42,974 nucleotides of DNA from an uncultured Lachnospiraceae bacterium (GTDB lineage Bacteria; Bacillota; Clostridia; Lachnospirales; Lachnospiraceae), in assembly GCA_905235465.1 (NCBI GenBank), contig CAJOLP010000011.1:335-43308 (forward strand), in the 5' to 3' direction. The first letter of the stretch is position 1. Each line of letters starts with the position of its first letter. The position numbers and the translations under genes are program-made. The notes beneath the pieces are model-generated. The model saw nothing but the letters and a program-made list of their open reading frames with translations, had not been told where the DNA came from and did not search any database. This document shows positions 9,354-18,916 of this stretch, piece after piece.

Positions 9354-11459
9354 TTATTTGCGCTGCTTTTTGGCCTTGGGCGCATCCTTCATGGAGAAGC
9401 TGAGTCTTCCCATTCTGTCCTTGCCAAGGCACACGACAGTGACCTTGTCTCCGAGCGTCAGCACGTCCTCCACATGGTCGATGCGGTGGTTGGCGATCTT
9501 GGAAATGTGCACCATTCCCTCCTTGCCGGGCGCGAACTCGACGAAAGCGCCGAATTCCTTGATGCTGACTACGACGCCCTCAAGGACCTGGCCTTCCTCG
9601 AAATCGGTGACGATGATGTCGATATAATTCTTGGCCTGCTCCATTCCCTTCGCGTCATTGCCGCAGATGGAGACGCTGCCGTCGTCCTCGATATCGATCT
9701 GCACGCCGGTGCGCTTGATGATCTCATTGATGGTCTTGCCGCGCTGGCCGACCACGTCGCCGATCTTCTCGGGATCGATATGCATGTACTCGATCTTGGG
9801 AGCGTACTCGTTGACCGTCGCGCGGGGCTCGGCGATGGCGTCCTTCATGACGCCGTCCATGATGAACTCACGTGCCTGGCGGCAGCGGGCGATGGCGCCC
9901 TCTACGATGGCGTGTGTGAGGCCGTGGATCTTCATATCCATCTGGATCGCGGTGATGCCCTTCTTGGTGCCGGTCACCTTGAAGTCCATATCGCCAAAGA
10001 AGTCCTCAAGACCCTGAATATCGGTCAGAAGCACGAAGTCGTCATCCGTCTCGCCCGTCACAAGACCGCAGCTGATGCCTGCTACCGGTGCCTTGATCGG
10101 CACGCCTGCCGCCATAAGGGCCATGCAGGAAGCGCAGGTGGAAGCCATGGATGTGGAGCCGTTGGATTCAAATGTCTCCGAGACGGCGCGGATCGCGTAG
10201 GGGAATTCCTCCACAGGCGGCAGTACGGGGAGAAGCGCTCTCTCCGCCAGCGCGCCGTGGCCGATCTCTCTGCGGCCGGGGCCTCTGGAAACTTTGGTCT
10301 CGCCTACGGAGTAGGCCGGGAAATTGTACTGATGCACATATCTCTTCTCTGTGATGTTGGGATCAAGGCCCTCCACTCTCTGTGCCTCGGAAAGAGGCGC
10401 CAGGGTGACGACGTCACAGATCTGTGTCTGTCCGCGGGTAAACATGGCGGAACCGTGGACTCTCGGGATGATATCCACTTCCGCGCTCAGGGGCCGGATC
10501 TGATCCAGCGCGCGGCCGTCGGGACGCTTGTGATCCTTGAGGATCATCTTGCGGATCGTCTTTTTCTGGTACTGGTAGACCGCCTCATCCAGGATCTCCA
10601 GCCACTCGTCATTGACCCCAAAGGCCTCTTCCAGTTTTGCTGTGATCAGGGCGAGATTGCCCTCGCGCACCTGCTTGTCATCCGTAAATACAGCTTCCTC
10701 CATCTCTGCCGGCGGAACGATCTCGCGGATCGCAGCGAACAGCTCTTCCGGAATGGCGCAGCTGATATATTCTCTCTTGGGCTTGCCGCACTCAGCAGCA
10801 ATGCCGTTGATCCATTCGACGATCTTCTTATTCTGCTCATCCGCCATGTAGATGTAGCGGATCATATCCTCTTCGGGAACCTCGTTGGCGCCCGCCTCGA
10901 TCATCATGATCTTGTCCGCCGTGGAGGCGACTGTGAGCTGCAGATCACCGTTGTCCCACTGCTCCTGGCTGGGGTTGATGACCGGCTCTCCGTCCACAAG
11001 GCCTACCTGCGTCGCCGCGCAGGGACCAAAGAACGGGATATCGGAAATGGTCGTGGCCAGAGACGCGCCGATCATGGCGACAAGCTCGGGCCTGCAGGCG
11101 GGATCCACGCTCATGACCATGCACTCCAGTGTCACGTCATTGCGCATATCCTTCGGAAACAGGGGGCGCATCGGCCTGTCGATCACGCGGCTCGTGAGGA
11201 CCGCGTTCTCGCTGGGCTTGCCCTCTCTCTTGTTGAATCCGCCGGGGATCTTGCCTACCGCGTAGAATTTCTCCGAATACTCCACGCTCAGCGGGAAGAA
11301 GTCCATGCCTTCCCTGGGTTTGGCGGATTCTGTCGCCGTGCACAGAAGGGTCGTGTCGCCGTACTTGATAAAAGCACAGCCGCCCGCCTGTTTGCCTACA
11401 CGGCCGATATCAACACTCAGTTCCCGTCCTGCAATTTCCATTGCATAAGTTTTGTACAT
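9354..11459 (-). CDS. pnp: Polyribonucleotide nucleotidyltransferase (PNPase)
   Basis: DFFPLSVEY; GKIPGGFNKREG; RVHGSAMFTRGQTQ; RREIGHGALAERAL; C-terminal KH and S1 domains. Confidence 0.98.
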   Translation of the reverse strand: MYKTYAMEIAGRELSVDIGRVGKQAGGCAFIKYGDTTLLCTATESAKPREGMDFFPLSVEYSEKFYAVGKIPGGFNKREGKPSENAVLTSRVIDRPMRPLFPKDMRNDVTLECMVMSVDPACRPELVAMIGASLATTISDIPFFGPCAATQVGLVDGEPVINPSQEQWDNGDLQLTVASTADKIMMIEAGANEVPEEDMIRYIYMADEQNKKIVEWINGIAAECGKPKREYISCAIPEELFAAIREIVPPAEMEEAVFTDDKQVREGNLALITAKLEEAFGVNDEWLEILDEAVYQYQKKTIRKMILKDHKRPDGRALDQIRPLSAEVDIIPRVHGSAMFTRGQTQICDVVTLAPLSEAQRVEGLDPNITEKRYVHQYNFPAYSVGETKVSRGPGRREIGHGALAERALLPVLPPVEEFPYAIRAVSETFESNGSTSMASTCASCMALMAAGVPIKAPVAGISCGLVTGETDDDFVLLTDIQGLEDFFGDMDFKVTGTKKGITAIQMDMKIHGLTHAIVEGAIARCRQAREFIMDGVMKDAIAEPRATVNEYAPKIEYMHIDPEKIGDVVGQRGKTINEIIKRTGVQIDIEDDGSVSICGNDAKGMEQAKNYIDIIVTDFEEGQVLEGVVVSIKEFGAFVEFAPGKEGMVHISKIANHRIDHVEDVLTLGDKVTVVCLGKDRMGRLSFSMKDAPKAKKQRK

Positions 11460-11527
11460 TTGTTCTCCTCTTTCTTCTTCTCTTCTTCTTTTCTTCTTTT
11501 CTTTTCGTCTTAAGGATCGTCACACGT

Positions 11528-11568
11528 TAAAGAGACGGCTCAAACCGAATACCGGTTCCGGCCGTCTC
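11528..11568 (-). terminator. Stem-loop or terminator after rpsO
   Basis: GAGACGGC.ggAACCG / CGGTT.gaGCCGTCTC followed by a short TTTAA. Confidence 0.6.
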
Positions 11569-11583
11569 CATGACTGCATCTGA

Positions 11584-11850
11584 TTACTTTCTGATACCAA
11601 GTCTCTTGATCAGTGTGCGGTAACCTTCCAGATCGGTTCTCTTGAGATAATCAAGAAGACCTCTGCGCTTACCGACCATCTTCTGCAGGCCTCTCGCGCT
11701 GTGGTGATCCTTGGGGTTCTGCTTCATATGCTCGGTGAGCTCCTTGATCCTGGCGGTGAGAATAGCGATCTGCACCTCCGGTGAACCGGTGTCGCCCTCA
11801 AACCTTGCATACTCTGCAATGATAGCGTCTTTCTTTTCTTTTTTGATCAT
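11584..11850 (-). CDS. rpsO: 30S ribosomal protein S15
   Basis: [14 protein letters not shown]; KDHHSARGL; LIKRLGIRK; 88 aa. Confidence 0.99.
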   Translation of the reverse strand: MIKKEKKDAIIAEYARFEGDTGSPEVQIAILTARIKELTEHMKQNPKDHHSARGLQKMVGKRRGLLDYLKRTDLEGYRTLIKRLGIRK

Positions 11851-11925
11851 GTTACATCTCTCCTTAAACAGATGATACGCCGTATGCTGAGAACAGGCCG
11901 GAGAAGCCTTGTTCTAAGCACCGGT
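11851..11925 (-). promoter_or_regulatory. Probable S15 autoregulatory mRNA leader
   Basis: Long hairpin (CCG.TGCT.AGAAC.AGGC / GCCT.GTTCT.AGCA..CGG) between the promoter and the rpsO SD, where Firmicutes S15-binding leaders sit. Confidence 0.6.
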
Positions 11926-11945
11926 AAACAATGCGAACAAAAGGG

Positions 11946-11974
11946 ATTTTACCATATTTATCCGCAAAAGTAAA
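11946..11974 (-). promoter_or_regulatory. Sigma-A promoter of rpsO
   Basis: TTTACT-17 nt-TAAAAT with TG extension. Confidence 0.65.
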
Positions 11975-12907
11975 CTAAATTTTTTGGCGTTTTGCGTGGA
12001 AGATCTCCCCCGCGCGGATGTCCTGTTCGATGGTCCTCTGCAGCTCCCCTACAGAATCAAAACGTTTCTCCGGCCTTCGAAATGACAGGAGCGAGACGTC
12101 GGCGGTCTCCCCGTAGAGATCCCCGTCAAAATCATACAGAAATGTTTCCGCCGTGACGGAGCCCGTGTCGGAGACTGTGGGCTTTACGCCGATATTGGTC
12201 ATGCCGTCCAGGAGCATGCCGTCCACAAGGACTGTCGAATAGTAAACGCCTCTGGGAGGAAGAAGCTTTTCCGGCGCGGGTTCATGGTTGAGCGTCGGGA
12301 TTCCGATCTCTCGTCCCAGCGCCGTGCCGTGTACGACCTTTCCCGTGATCTGATACGGCCTTCCCAGAAACATGGCCGCCTTCTCCATCTCTCCCCTTTC
12401 CACCAGCTTCCGTATGAGGGTGGAACTGATGATATGGCCGGCCATCTCTATTTTGTCTATCTTTTTGGCCTTAAACCCGAGCTCGCGGGCCATGGAGGAA
12501 AGAAGGGCAAAATTTCCCCTGCCCCTGTCGCCGAAGGAAAGATCGTCCCCCGCGGCCACAAACCTCGTGCGCATGCTCTTAAATAGGATCTCGCTCACAA
12601 ATTTGTCCGGCGGCGTCGCCGCTGTCTCCCTGTTGAAAGGAAATTCTACCAGCACATCGATGCCCATATTGCCAAAGAACTCCCTCTTTTCATCCCTTGT
12701 GGACAGCTCCGGCAGCGGGTTGATCCCGAAGAAGATCTCCGGGGAGGGGTCAAACGTCATGACGACCGCCTGCATCCCCTTATCCTTCTGCGCCAGGATC
12801 TCGGACAGAATTCTCTGGTGTCCCAGATGCACGCCGTCAAACTTGCCGATTGCCACCGCGGAATCTTTATGAAAATCGAAGGTTGTGGTTCCCGTAATGA
12901 TCTGCAT
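11975..12907 (-). CDS. ribF: Bifunctional riboflavin kinase/FAD synthetase
   Basis: AIGKFDGVHLGHQ; ISSTLIR; GREIGIPTLN; NIGVKPT; FDGDLYG. Start at ATG 12907 (GGAGG SD). Confidence 0.96.
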   Translation of the reverse strand: MQIITGTTTFDFHKDSAVAIGKFDGVHLGHQRILSEILAQKDKGMQAVVMTFDPSPEIFFGINPLPELSTRDEKREFFGNMGIDVLVEFPFNRETAATPPDKFVSEILFKSMRTRFVAAGDDLSFGDRGRGNFALLSSMARELGFKAKKIDKIEMAGHIISSTLIRKLVERGEMEKAAMFLGRPYQITGKVVHGTALGREIGIPTLNHEPAPEKLLPPRGVYYSTVLVDGMLLDGMTNIGVKPTVSDTGSVTAETFLYDFDGDLYGETADVSLLSFRRPEKRFDSVGELQRTIEQDIRAGEIFHAKRQKI

Positions 12908-12935
12908 GCTTACCTCCGTAAATGCCGCCTCCATA

Positions 12936-13865
12936 CTATGACAGAAACATTTTATAACTCGTATATCTGTCTTTCTCTTTGTCGTACCGGTACAGCGCGT
13001 AGAACTTGCCTTCCTCGTCGTAGACCCGCACAAGCTGCTGATTCGCCATATTCGTTTCGGACGCGCGTGTCACCCTTTTCGACAGCGGATTGCCGTTGAG
13101 AAGGTACTTAAGACCGTCCCTTAAGACAACGACTTCCGGCGCGCTGTCCTTAAAGAAAGAATCCACCGGCATGATATATGTAAGGATCCTCTCCGGGTCA
13201 TCGGAATGCATGATCGCCTCCGCCTCGCCCAGCCTTATGGCGTCCTCCAGTCTAAACGACCCCACGCGCGTCCGAACCAGCGATTCCATCGCAGCGCCGG
13301 TGCCAAGGCTCTGACCGATGTCGTGACAGAGCGTGCGGATGTACGTGCCCTTTGAGCAGCGCACATGGATGGCGATCAGGGGGAGTTCGATCCACTGTAT
13401 ATCCATCGAATAGATCTGCACGGGCCTGGGGCTGCGCTCCACTGTCCTTCCCTGTCTGGCCAGCTCGTAAAGGCGTTTTCCTCCCACCTTGATGGCGGAA
13501 TACATGGGCGGGATCTGGCTGATCTCACCGGTATAGGCCCGGATGACCTCCTTAAGTCTCTCCCCGGTCACCTTCGCGCGCACCTCGTCCGCGTCCGTTT
13601 CCGAAAGGATCCGGCCCGACATGTCCTGCGTGTCCGTCACGACGCCCAGGCGCATGACCGCGTCATATTCCTTGTCCCGGTCCGCGATCAGTTCGCACAG
13701 TTTCGTGCCATTACCCAAACATACAGGAAGCACTCCCTCCGCGTCCGGATCAAGCGTCCCTGTATGACCGATCTTCTTCATGTGAAGGATGCCTCTGAGC
13801 TTCGCCACGACGTCGCTGGAGGTGTATCCCTTCTCCTTGTAAATATTGATCATTCCGTGGTACAA
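12936..13865 (-). CDS. truB: tRNA pseudouridine(55) synthase
   Basis: KIGHTGTLDPDAEGVL; QIPPMYSAIKVGGKRLYELAR; CSKGTYIRTL. Probable TTG start at 13865. Confidence 0.97.
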   Translation of the reverse strand: MYHGMINIYKEKGYTSSDVVAKLRGILHMKKIGHTGTLDPDAEGVLPVCLGNGTKLCELIADRDKEYDAVMRLGVVTDTQDMSGRILSETDADEVRAKVTGERLKEVIRAYTGEISQIPPMYSAIKVGGKRLYELARQGRTVERSPRPVQIYSMDIQWIELPLIAIHVRCSKGTYIRTLCHDIGQSLGTGAAMESLVRTRVGSFRLEDAIRLGEAEAIMHSDDPERILTYIMPVDSFFKDSAPEVVVLRDGLKYLLNGNPLSKRVTRASETNMANQQLVRVYDEEGKFYALYRYDKEKDRYTSYKMFLS

Positions 13866-13882
13866 ATCTTTGTCCCGCCTTC

Positions 13883-14848
13883 TTAAAGGTCTTTTCCGGC
13901 AAGCTGCTCGTGCACCAGCTTCACGATCCTGGCGAGGATCGGTTGAAAGTTCCTGGTGTGGATCGTACATCCGGCTGCCCTGATATGGCCGCCGCCGCCG
14001 AATTTTCCGGCAACCCTGGCCACATCGACGATCTGGATCGACCGCATGCTCAGGCGCCAGAGGCCCGGTTCGTCCTCGTGGGCAAAAACAGCGCAGTCCG
14101 CCCCTTCTGTCAAAACGAGCTGTTCGGCAGCGCCGTCCATGTCCTGGTTCGTCGCGCCGATCTTTATTATCTCATCATGGCTCATCACGGAAATGACCAG
14201 CTTTCCGTCTTCCTTTATCTGCGCCAGGCGAAATGCCTCTCCAAAGACTCTCATCTGTTTGGGGGACCTCTCGAAATAGACCTCTCTGACTATTTTCGAA
14301 AAGTCGAACCCATGGGTTATAAGCTCACCCGCGATCTTCAGGGTGTGCTTTCCGGTGTTCGAAAAACGGAACGTGCCCGTATCCGTGACGATCCCCACAT
14401 AGAGCGCCTGCGCGATCTCTTTGTCGATAGGCATCCCGTCAAAACTATTATATACCAGCTCGCACGCGCTGCTCGCCTTACTGTCAATGTAGTTGTATTC
14501 GCCGCAGCCCTTGTTGCTGATATGGTGGTCGATGTTGATCCTTTTCGCCGCCTTGTCAAACATACTGCCGGCGGGGCCTGCCCTGTGATTATCCACATCC
14601 AGGAGAATAAAGGCGTCATAGCTCTCCACATCGGTCGTAAATGTGTGATCGATCGTGTCCGTGCAGGGAATATTCCGCTCCAGTTCCGGGGGAAGTTCTT
14701 CCAAAAAGACGTCTACCCGCGCCTCGGGCAGATATTTGCGCAGAAAAAGGGCCATGCCCATACAGGAACCTGCACAGTCCCCGTCCGGATTCACATGGCC
14801 GCTGATTCCTATCGTTTTGCAATTTTCAACCAGCTCCAGTATTTTCAT
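13883..14848 (-). CDS. nrnA: DHH family bifunctional oligoribonuclease/PAP phosphatase
   Basis: HVNPDGDC; IDHH; DTGTF; GGGGHIRAAG; lies between rbfA and truB. Confidence 0.92.
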   Translation of the reverse strand: MKILELVENCKTIGISGHVNPDGDCAGSCMGMALFLRKYLPEARVDVFLEELPPELERNIPCTDTIDHTFTTDVESYDAFILLDVDNHRAGPAGSMFDKAAKRINIDHHISNKGCGEYNYIDSKASSACELVYNSFDGMPIDKEIAQALYVGIVTDTGTFRFSNTGKHTLKIAGELITHGFDFSKIVREVYFERSPKQMRVFGEAFRLAQIKEDGKLVISVMSHDEIIKIGATNQDMDGAAEQLVLTEGADCAVFAHEDEPGLWRLSMRSIQIVDVARVAGKFGGGGHIRAAGCTIHTRNFQPILARIVKLVHEQLAGKDL

Positions 14849-15255
14849 GATTCCTCATCCTGCTCTTCACCTGCGTACTCTCCCCTCGCCTCCTCGGCGA
14901 GCCTGTCCATGGCGGTCACTTCGTCGATCTTGTGTGACATGGATACGCCATAGGCAATGGAGTCGTCGAGAATAAAAGTCAGCGCGGGTGTGTTGCGGAG
15001 GTTGACGGTCCGCGCCAGCTCGCTCCGGATATAGCCCGCAGCACTGTGCAGGCCCTCCATCGTCCGGGCGGCCGATTCCTCGTCTCCGTAAACGCTGATA
15101 TAGACCTTGCAGGTCTTGAGGTCCGGCGCCACTTCTGTCCCGGTGACGCTGGTGAGCGGGCTGATCCGCGGATCCTTGACGTTTCTGACGATGTCCGCCA
15201 GGGCGCGCTGCACCTCGTCATTGATCCGCCGGTTCTTTACGCTGTTTTTCCTCAT
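14845..15255 (-). CDS. rbfA: 30S ribosome-binding factor A
   Basis: VKDPRI; APDLKTCKVYIS; LRNTPALTFILDDSIAYG. Confidence 0.97.
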   Translation of the reverse strand: MRKNSVKNRRINDEVQRALADIVRNVKDPRISPLTSVTGTEVAPDLKTCKVYISVYGDEESAARTMEGLHSAAGYIRSELARTVNLRNTPALTFILDDSIAYGVSMSHKIDEVTAMDRLAEEARGEYAGEEQDEES

Positions 15256-18200
15256 GTTCTGGGTACCTCTACCAAGTCGTAGGCTTCCACGATATCGCCT
15301 ACCTGCATCTTGTCAAAGCCGTCGAATACAAGACCGCACTCGAAGCCGGCCTTGACTTCCTTCACGTCGTCTTTGTATCTCTTAAGGGACAGCAGATCGC
15401 CGTCGAAGATCTGCTCATCTCCGCGTCTGATCCTGCACTTGCAGCCTCTGGTGATCACGCCGTCAAGCACATAGGAACCGGCGATATTGCCGACGGAAGA
15501 CGCCTTGAAGATCTGGCGCACCTCCACGTGTCCGATGACGCGTTCCTCGTAGACCGGCGCGAGCATGCCCGTGAGGGCCGCTTCCACGGCGTCGATCGCC
15601 TGATAGATGACCTTGTAAAGACGGATATCCACGCCCTCGTGCTCGGCCATAGATTTGGCTGCCGCCTCGGGACGCACGTTGAAGCCGATGATGACCGCGT
15701 TGGACGCGGATGCCAGCGTGACATCCGATTCCGTGATAGCGCCGACGCCGCTGTGGATCACCTTGACCACCACTTCGTCGTTGGAGAGCTTGAGAAGGCT
15801 CTGCTTGAGAGCCTCCACGGAACCCTGCACGTCCGCCTTGAGGATCAGATTGAACTCCTTGAGGTTGCCTTCCTTCATCTGGTTGAACAGGTCGTCCAGA
15901 TTCATGCGCATCTTTGTGTCCTCGATGAGCTCTTCCTTATGCTGATTCTTGTAGGTCTCCGCGTAAGCCCTGGCCTCGTCATTGGTCTCATGCGCGACCA
16001 GCACCTCGCCGGCGCTGGGTACGTCGGAAAGACCGAGTATCTCCACCGGCTGGGAAGGTTTGGCTTCCTTGACGCGTTTTCCTTTATCGTCGATCATCGC
16101 GCGGACCTTGCCGGAGCTTGCGCCCGCGGAGATGAAGTCTCCTATATGGAGTGTGCCCTTCTGGACCAGCACGTTGGCCACAGGACCCCTGCCCTTATCC
16201 AGCTTGGCTTCCAGCACAAGACCTCTGGCCTTGCGGTTGGGATTGGCCTTGAGTTCCAGAATGTCCGCTGTGAGCAGGATCGTCTCCAGAAGATCCTGGA
16301 TGCCCTCGCCGGTCTTGGCGGAGACTTCCACGAACTCCGTGGATCCGCCCCAGTCGGTGGGGATCAGCTCATAGTTGGTCAGTTCCTGCTTTACGCGGTC
16401 GACGTTCGCGCCGGCCTTATCGATCTTGTTGATCGCCACGACGATCTCTACTTCCGCCGCCTTCGCGTGATTGATCGCCTCAATGGTCTGCGGCATGACG
16501 CCGTCGTCCGCCGCGACTACAAGCACGGCGATATCTGTCGAATTCGCGCCGCGCATACGCATCGCGGTAAAAGCCTCGTGGCCGGGTGTATCCAGGAAAG
16601 TGATCGAGCGGCCGTCCACGTTGACCGTGTAGGCGCCGATGGCCTGTGTGATGCCGCCGGCTTCCTTGCCCGTCACATTTGTCTTTCTGATCTCGTCCAG
16701 AAGAGAAGTCTTGCCGTGGTCGACATGTCCCATGACGCACACCACCGGCGGTCTGGTCTCCATATCCTCTTCTTTGTCCTCATCCTCACGAAGCAGCTCC
16801 TCGATCACGTCTACCTTCTGCTCCTTCTCGCAGAGGATATCGTAATCCAGCGCGATCTTCTCCGCCTCTTCGTAGGAGACCTCACTGTTGGGGGTCATGA
16901 TCTGTCCGGCAAGGAAGAGCTTCTTGATGATCTCGGAGGGATTCATGTGCATCGTCTCCGCGAGCTCTCTGATGGTCAGCTTCTCGGGGATGGTGATCGT
17001 CTTGATCTGTTCTTCCTCGGCAGCCTCCACCTTCTTCTCGGGACGGATAAAGCGCCCGGGCCTGTTCTTTCCTGCGGGTATCCTCCTCATTGTAGATGAG
17101 GTCCTTTCTGGAGCGCTTGTCGCGGTCCTGATTCTGCTTGCGCTTATTGTCGTCTCTATGCTTATCGGAATCTCTGCTGAAGCTGTCGCTGTCGCGGCCG
17201 CTTCTGTGACGGCTGTCACCGCTTCCGGTCCTGCCGCCGCTCTGCGCGAATCCGCCGCGGCCGCCCTGACGTCCCGCGGTGCTGCCCTGACCCTGGCGAT
17301 AACCCTGTCCGGGTCTGGCCGTTCTGGGTCCTGACGCGCCCTGACCGTCTCTGCGGGCGCCGGTGCGGTCACCGGTCCTGCCGTCACGGCGGGCAGTGCC
17401 CTGCCGGTCGCCGGTCCTGCCGTCGCGATTGTCTCTTCTATAGCCCCCCTGTCCGTCGCGCTGTCCGCGGCCTGCGGACTGTCCTGCCTGGGCGCCGCGG
17501 TCCGCTGCGGGCCTTCTTGTCCCCGCGGGTCTCTGCTCGCGGCGGCTCTCGGGCGCAGCGCTCACTCCCGGCTCGGCTTTCACTTCTCCGGCTGCCGCTG
17601 CCGCGGGCGCTTTATCAGGAGTCTTAGCACCTGCGCTCTGCTCTTCTGCCTTTGGCGCGTGAGGAGTGGGTGCGACAGTGCTCTGTGTATCAGCACCTGC
17701 GCTCACATCTGAAGGCGCCTTATCCTGCGCCTTGGGGCTCACTGAAACAGGCTCCGCTGCCGGCGCTTCAGTCTGCGCCTGTGCACGGGGCTCTACATTG
17801 ATCGTGGTATCGGCCACAGATGCCGCCGCGTAAGCTGCCGCTGCCGCTTCCATATCCGCCGGCTTGGGTGCCGCGGGCTGTGCGGTCTCTTTGACAGGCT
17901 GCCTGGGCTGTGCCGCGGGCTTGTGATAGTCCACTTCCATCTGGGAAGGCTTCACGCTGGGGCGAATGATCTTGTGCTGTGCCGGCGCCTTGGGCTCCTG
18001 GCGTCTGCGTCCGCCTGCCGCGGATCCCGCGCCGTCCCTGCGCTGGCCGGACTGACCCTGTCCGCCCTGTCTGGGCTTTCTGCCGCCCGTGGAATAGGAG
18101 CCGGTCCCGCCGCTGGAATAGGCGCCTCGCTGCCCCGATCCCTGACGGCTGTTCCCGCTGTTTCCGGTCACGATTATGATCTTTTTCTTCTTTACAGGCT

Positions 18201-18282
18201 TCTTGGCATCCGCCGGTCTGGGCCTGCGGGCTTCCTCTCCTGCGTTTTTGTTTTCATTTGCACCGGTATTCTCTGTCGCCAT
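15252..18282 (-). CDS. infB: Translation initiation factor IF-2, frameshifted near 17069
   Basis: C-part has [32 protein letters not shown] and KADVQGS. The N-part in ORF 16882..18282 starts just after ylxQ with a GAGGAG SD. Frames join at DTRR/KNRPGRF; about 1009 aa. Confidence 0.95.
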
Positions 18283-18600
18283 TTACTCCTCTTTCTTCCC
18301 GCTGTCATACAGCTTCTTAATATTTAATCCAAGCCCCTCGTCAGTCACAGCCGCGCAGGCGCGTTCGCCCTTGCCGATCGCGCGTCCCAGCGCGTCCTTT
18401 GTGCCGTAACGAATGAGTGCAACGCCATAGTAACCGCATTTATTCTGAATCATTTCCGATGTGTTCTTTTTCGCGTCGAGCGCCAGCACCACGAGCTTGG
18501 CCTGTCCAGACCTGATCGCGTTTTCGCACTGCTCACCGCCGCTTACGACCTTTCCCGCTTTCTGCGCGATCCCGAGAAAGGACAGCAATCTATCCTGCAT
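18283..18600 (-). CDS. ylxQ: L7Ae/L30e family RNA-binding protein (YlxQ-like)
   Basis: LLSFLGIAQKAGKVVSG; LGRAIGK; start at ATG 18600. Confidence 0.9.
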   Translation of the reverse strand: MQDRLLSFLGIAQKAGKVVSGGEQCENAIRSGQAKLVVLALDAKKNTSEMIQNKCGYYGVALIRYGTKDALGRAIGKGERACAAVTDEGLGLNIKKLYDSGKKEE

Positions 18601-18862
18601 CGTTCCCCTCCCATCTGGCCAAAAGCGCCTGATAGATCTCATCGGGGATCTCCGTCCCGAAAGCTCTGTTTAACGACTTTCGCTTTCTGGCCTTTTCCAG
18701 ACAGGCCGGATCATCACACAGATAGGCGCCCCGACCGTTCATACGGCCGGTCGCGTCCAGACAGATTTTTCCGTCCGTTGTTCTGACGACGCGGATGAGC
18801 GATTTCTTCTCCCTGCTCTCTCCGCAGCCGACACATTTGCGCATCGGAATTTTTCCCGGCAT
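18590..18862 (-). CDS. ylxR: YlxR/RnpM family RNA-binding protein
   Basis: PMRKCVGC; LIRVVR; GRGAYLC; position in the nusA operon. Confidence 0.95.
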   Translation of the reverse strand: MPGKIPMRKCVGCGESREKKSLIRVVRTTDGKICLDATGRMNGRGAYLCDDPACLEKARKRKSLNRAFGTEIPDEIYQALLARWEGNDAG

Positions 18863-18916
18863 TTTACCTCCTTAAGCGCCGCTCTCATGGGGCGCCTTAT
18901 CAATCTTTTTTCATGT

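Noticed and set aside
9261-11513. 750-aa plus-strand ORF, and similar ORFs opposite infB, the PBP, rseP, nrnA and typA
   Set aside because: They mirror well-conserved genes on the other strand; typical shadow ORFs.
17069-17387. ORF-track N-terminus of the 711-aa IF-2 ORF, and upstream extensions of prfC, ribF, truB, ispG, uppS and yigZ
   Set aside because: Out-of-frame or overlapping extensions; SD-supported starts lie downstream, or for infB upstream in the other frame.
18863-18916. Hairpin AAGGCGCC/GGCGCTT between nusA and ylxR
   Set aside because: Short stem with no U-tract; not enough to call a terminator or regulatory RNA.
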